Assembly: GCA_041177985.1 (NCBI GenBank)
Contig: JBEDAD010000286.1
Coordinates: 1 to 40,390 of the forward strand
Length of the DNA stretch: 40,390 nucleotides
Direction: 5' to 3'
Source of the DNA: Bacteroidota bacterium
GTDB lineage: Bacteria; Bacteroidota; Bacteroidia; Flavobacteriales_D; Crocinitomicaceae
In this document: one piece after another, positions 39,707 to 40,390 of the stretch
Position numbering within the stretch: the first letter of the stretch is position 1
Layout of the letters: every line of letters begins with the position of its first letter
Made by a program: the position numbers and the translations under genes
The notes under the pieces: generated by a model
What the model was told of the DNA's origin: nothing
The model's input: only the letters and a program-made list of their open reading frames with translations
Database searches by the model: none

Positions 39707-40390
39707 ATGGTGAAAACGAAAATTGTAATAACTGGTGCTACTGGTTTTATAGGAAAAGACCTATTGAAACAATTGGATGTGAATGCATTTGATGTGACGA
39801 TTGTAACGCGAAATAAAGATAAATTTGAAGGGTGTTTTACCGAATCAATTACAATCGTTGAAGCGGATTTACTAACCTTGCAGTCCTTGGTTTCTGCTTT
39901 TAACCAACAAGATATTTTGGTTAATTTGGCGGCAGAGGTCAGAAATTTAGATTTATTGGAAGCAACGAATATTCAAGGAACAAAAAATATTATTCAAGCA
40001 ATTCAACAAACATCCGTTTCCAAAGTTATTCATTTGAGTAGTGTTGGTGTTGTAGGAAAAGGTTACAGCCAATCGCCATTGTTGGTGGACGAGAACACTA
40101 GCGCTTCACCAGCAAATGAATACGAACGAACAAAATGGGTATCGGAGCAACTTTTTCTTGAAGCAGCCGCTAATGGCGATTTTGAACTTGCAGTTTTGCG
40201 TCCTACAAATGTTTTTGGTGAAAACCATCCGTTTAATGCCTTGTTGAATCTAATGCGGAAAATTGTTTCAGGAAGTCCACTTTTTTATGCAGATGGCGCA
40301 ATGGTTAATTACGTTTATGTTGCGGATTTAAATTCATTCCTTGTACATTTAATCCATACCAACCGCTTTGATGGGATTTATTCTGTCGGA
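39707..40390 (+). CDS. NAD-dependent epimerase/dehydratase family protein (5' partial, runs off the window)
   Basis: Hand translation from ATG 39707, immediately after TAG 39704-39706, gives MVKTKIVITGATGFIGKDLL... with a YERTK catalytic motif. There is no stop through nt 40390 (228 codons). Confidence 0.8.
   Translation, partial: MVKTKIVITGATGFIGKDLLKQLDVNAFDVTIVTRNKDKFEGCFTESITIVEADLLTLQSLVSAFNQQDILVNLAAEVRNLDLLEATNIQGTKNIIQAIQQTSVSKVIHLSSVGVVGKGYSQSPLLVDENTSASPANEYERTKWVSEQLFLEAAANGDFELAVLRPTNVFGENHPFNALLNLMRKIVSGSPLFYADGAMVNYVYVADLNSFLVHLIHTNRFDGIYSVG

Noticed and set aside
1-40390. CRISPR arrays, tandem or interspersed repeats, transposases, phage or defence-system genes
   Set aside because: By-eye scanning of the intergenic regions and the ORF set found no regularly spaced repeats and no nuclease, helicase, methylase, toxin-like or transposase-like ORFs. 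The only repeated sequences noticed are the conserved tRNA arms.

Overview
A low-GC, almost entirely plus-strand chromosomal segment that looks Bacteroidota (Flavobacteriia-like). This rests on protein sequence character, TTG/TAnnTTTG-type promoter motifs, no obvious Shine-Dalgarno sites, and the rpsU-xer-tRNA-tuf synteny. The core (6.6-21.5 kb) is the conserved translation/transcription block: rpsU, a Xer-type recombinase, tRNA-Thr/Tyr/Gly/Thr + tuf, tRNA-Trp, secE, nusG, rplK-rplA-rplJ-rplL, rpoB, rpoC and a DUF3467-like gene. The 5' flank (0-6.6 kb) holds housekeeping and transport genes: a PspC-domain protein, an RCK potassium channel, an RfbD-like reductase, an NSS transporter followed by an untracked 47-codon ORF, a ComEA-like protein, apt and an acyl-CoA dehydrogenase. 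Two regions look accessory. The first (21.5-29.7 kb) is a co-directional metal-handling cluster: a small His-rich membrane protein, a CzcA-like RND pump and a TolC-like outer-membrane factor encoded as one ORF, a CzcB-like adaptor, a lipoprotein with two CxxCH motifs, a ferritin-like/VIT1 transporter and a 4-TM protein. The second (33.7-40.4 kb) is a surface-polysaccharide locus with two epimerase/dehydratases, two paralogous Wzx-like flippases, a Wzy/O-antigen-ligase-like protein and a GT2. Between them lie a minus-strand M23 peptidase (the only minus-strand gene) and a coiled-coil gene followed by zapA and rny. I found no CRISPR array, transposase, phage genes or recognisable defence system. 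The most unusual items are the CzcA::OMF single ORF and the CxxCH-lipoprotein/VIT/4-TM trio, and both remain hypotheses. All family calls come from reading the translated ORFs by eye, with no database search.
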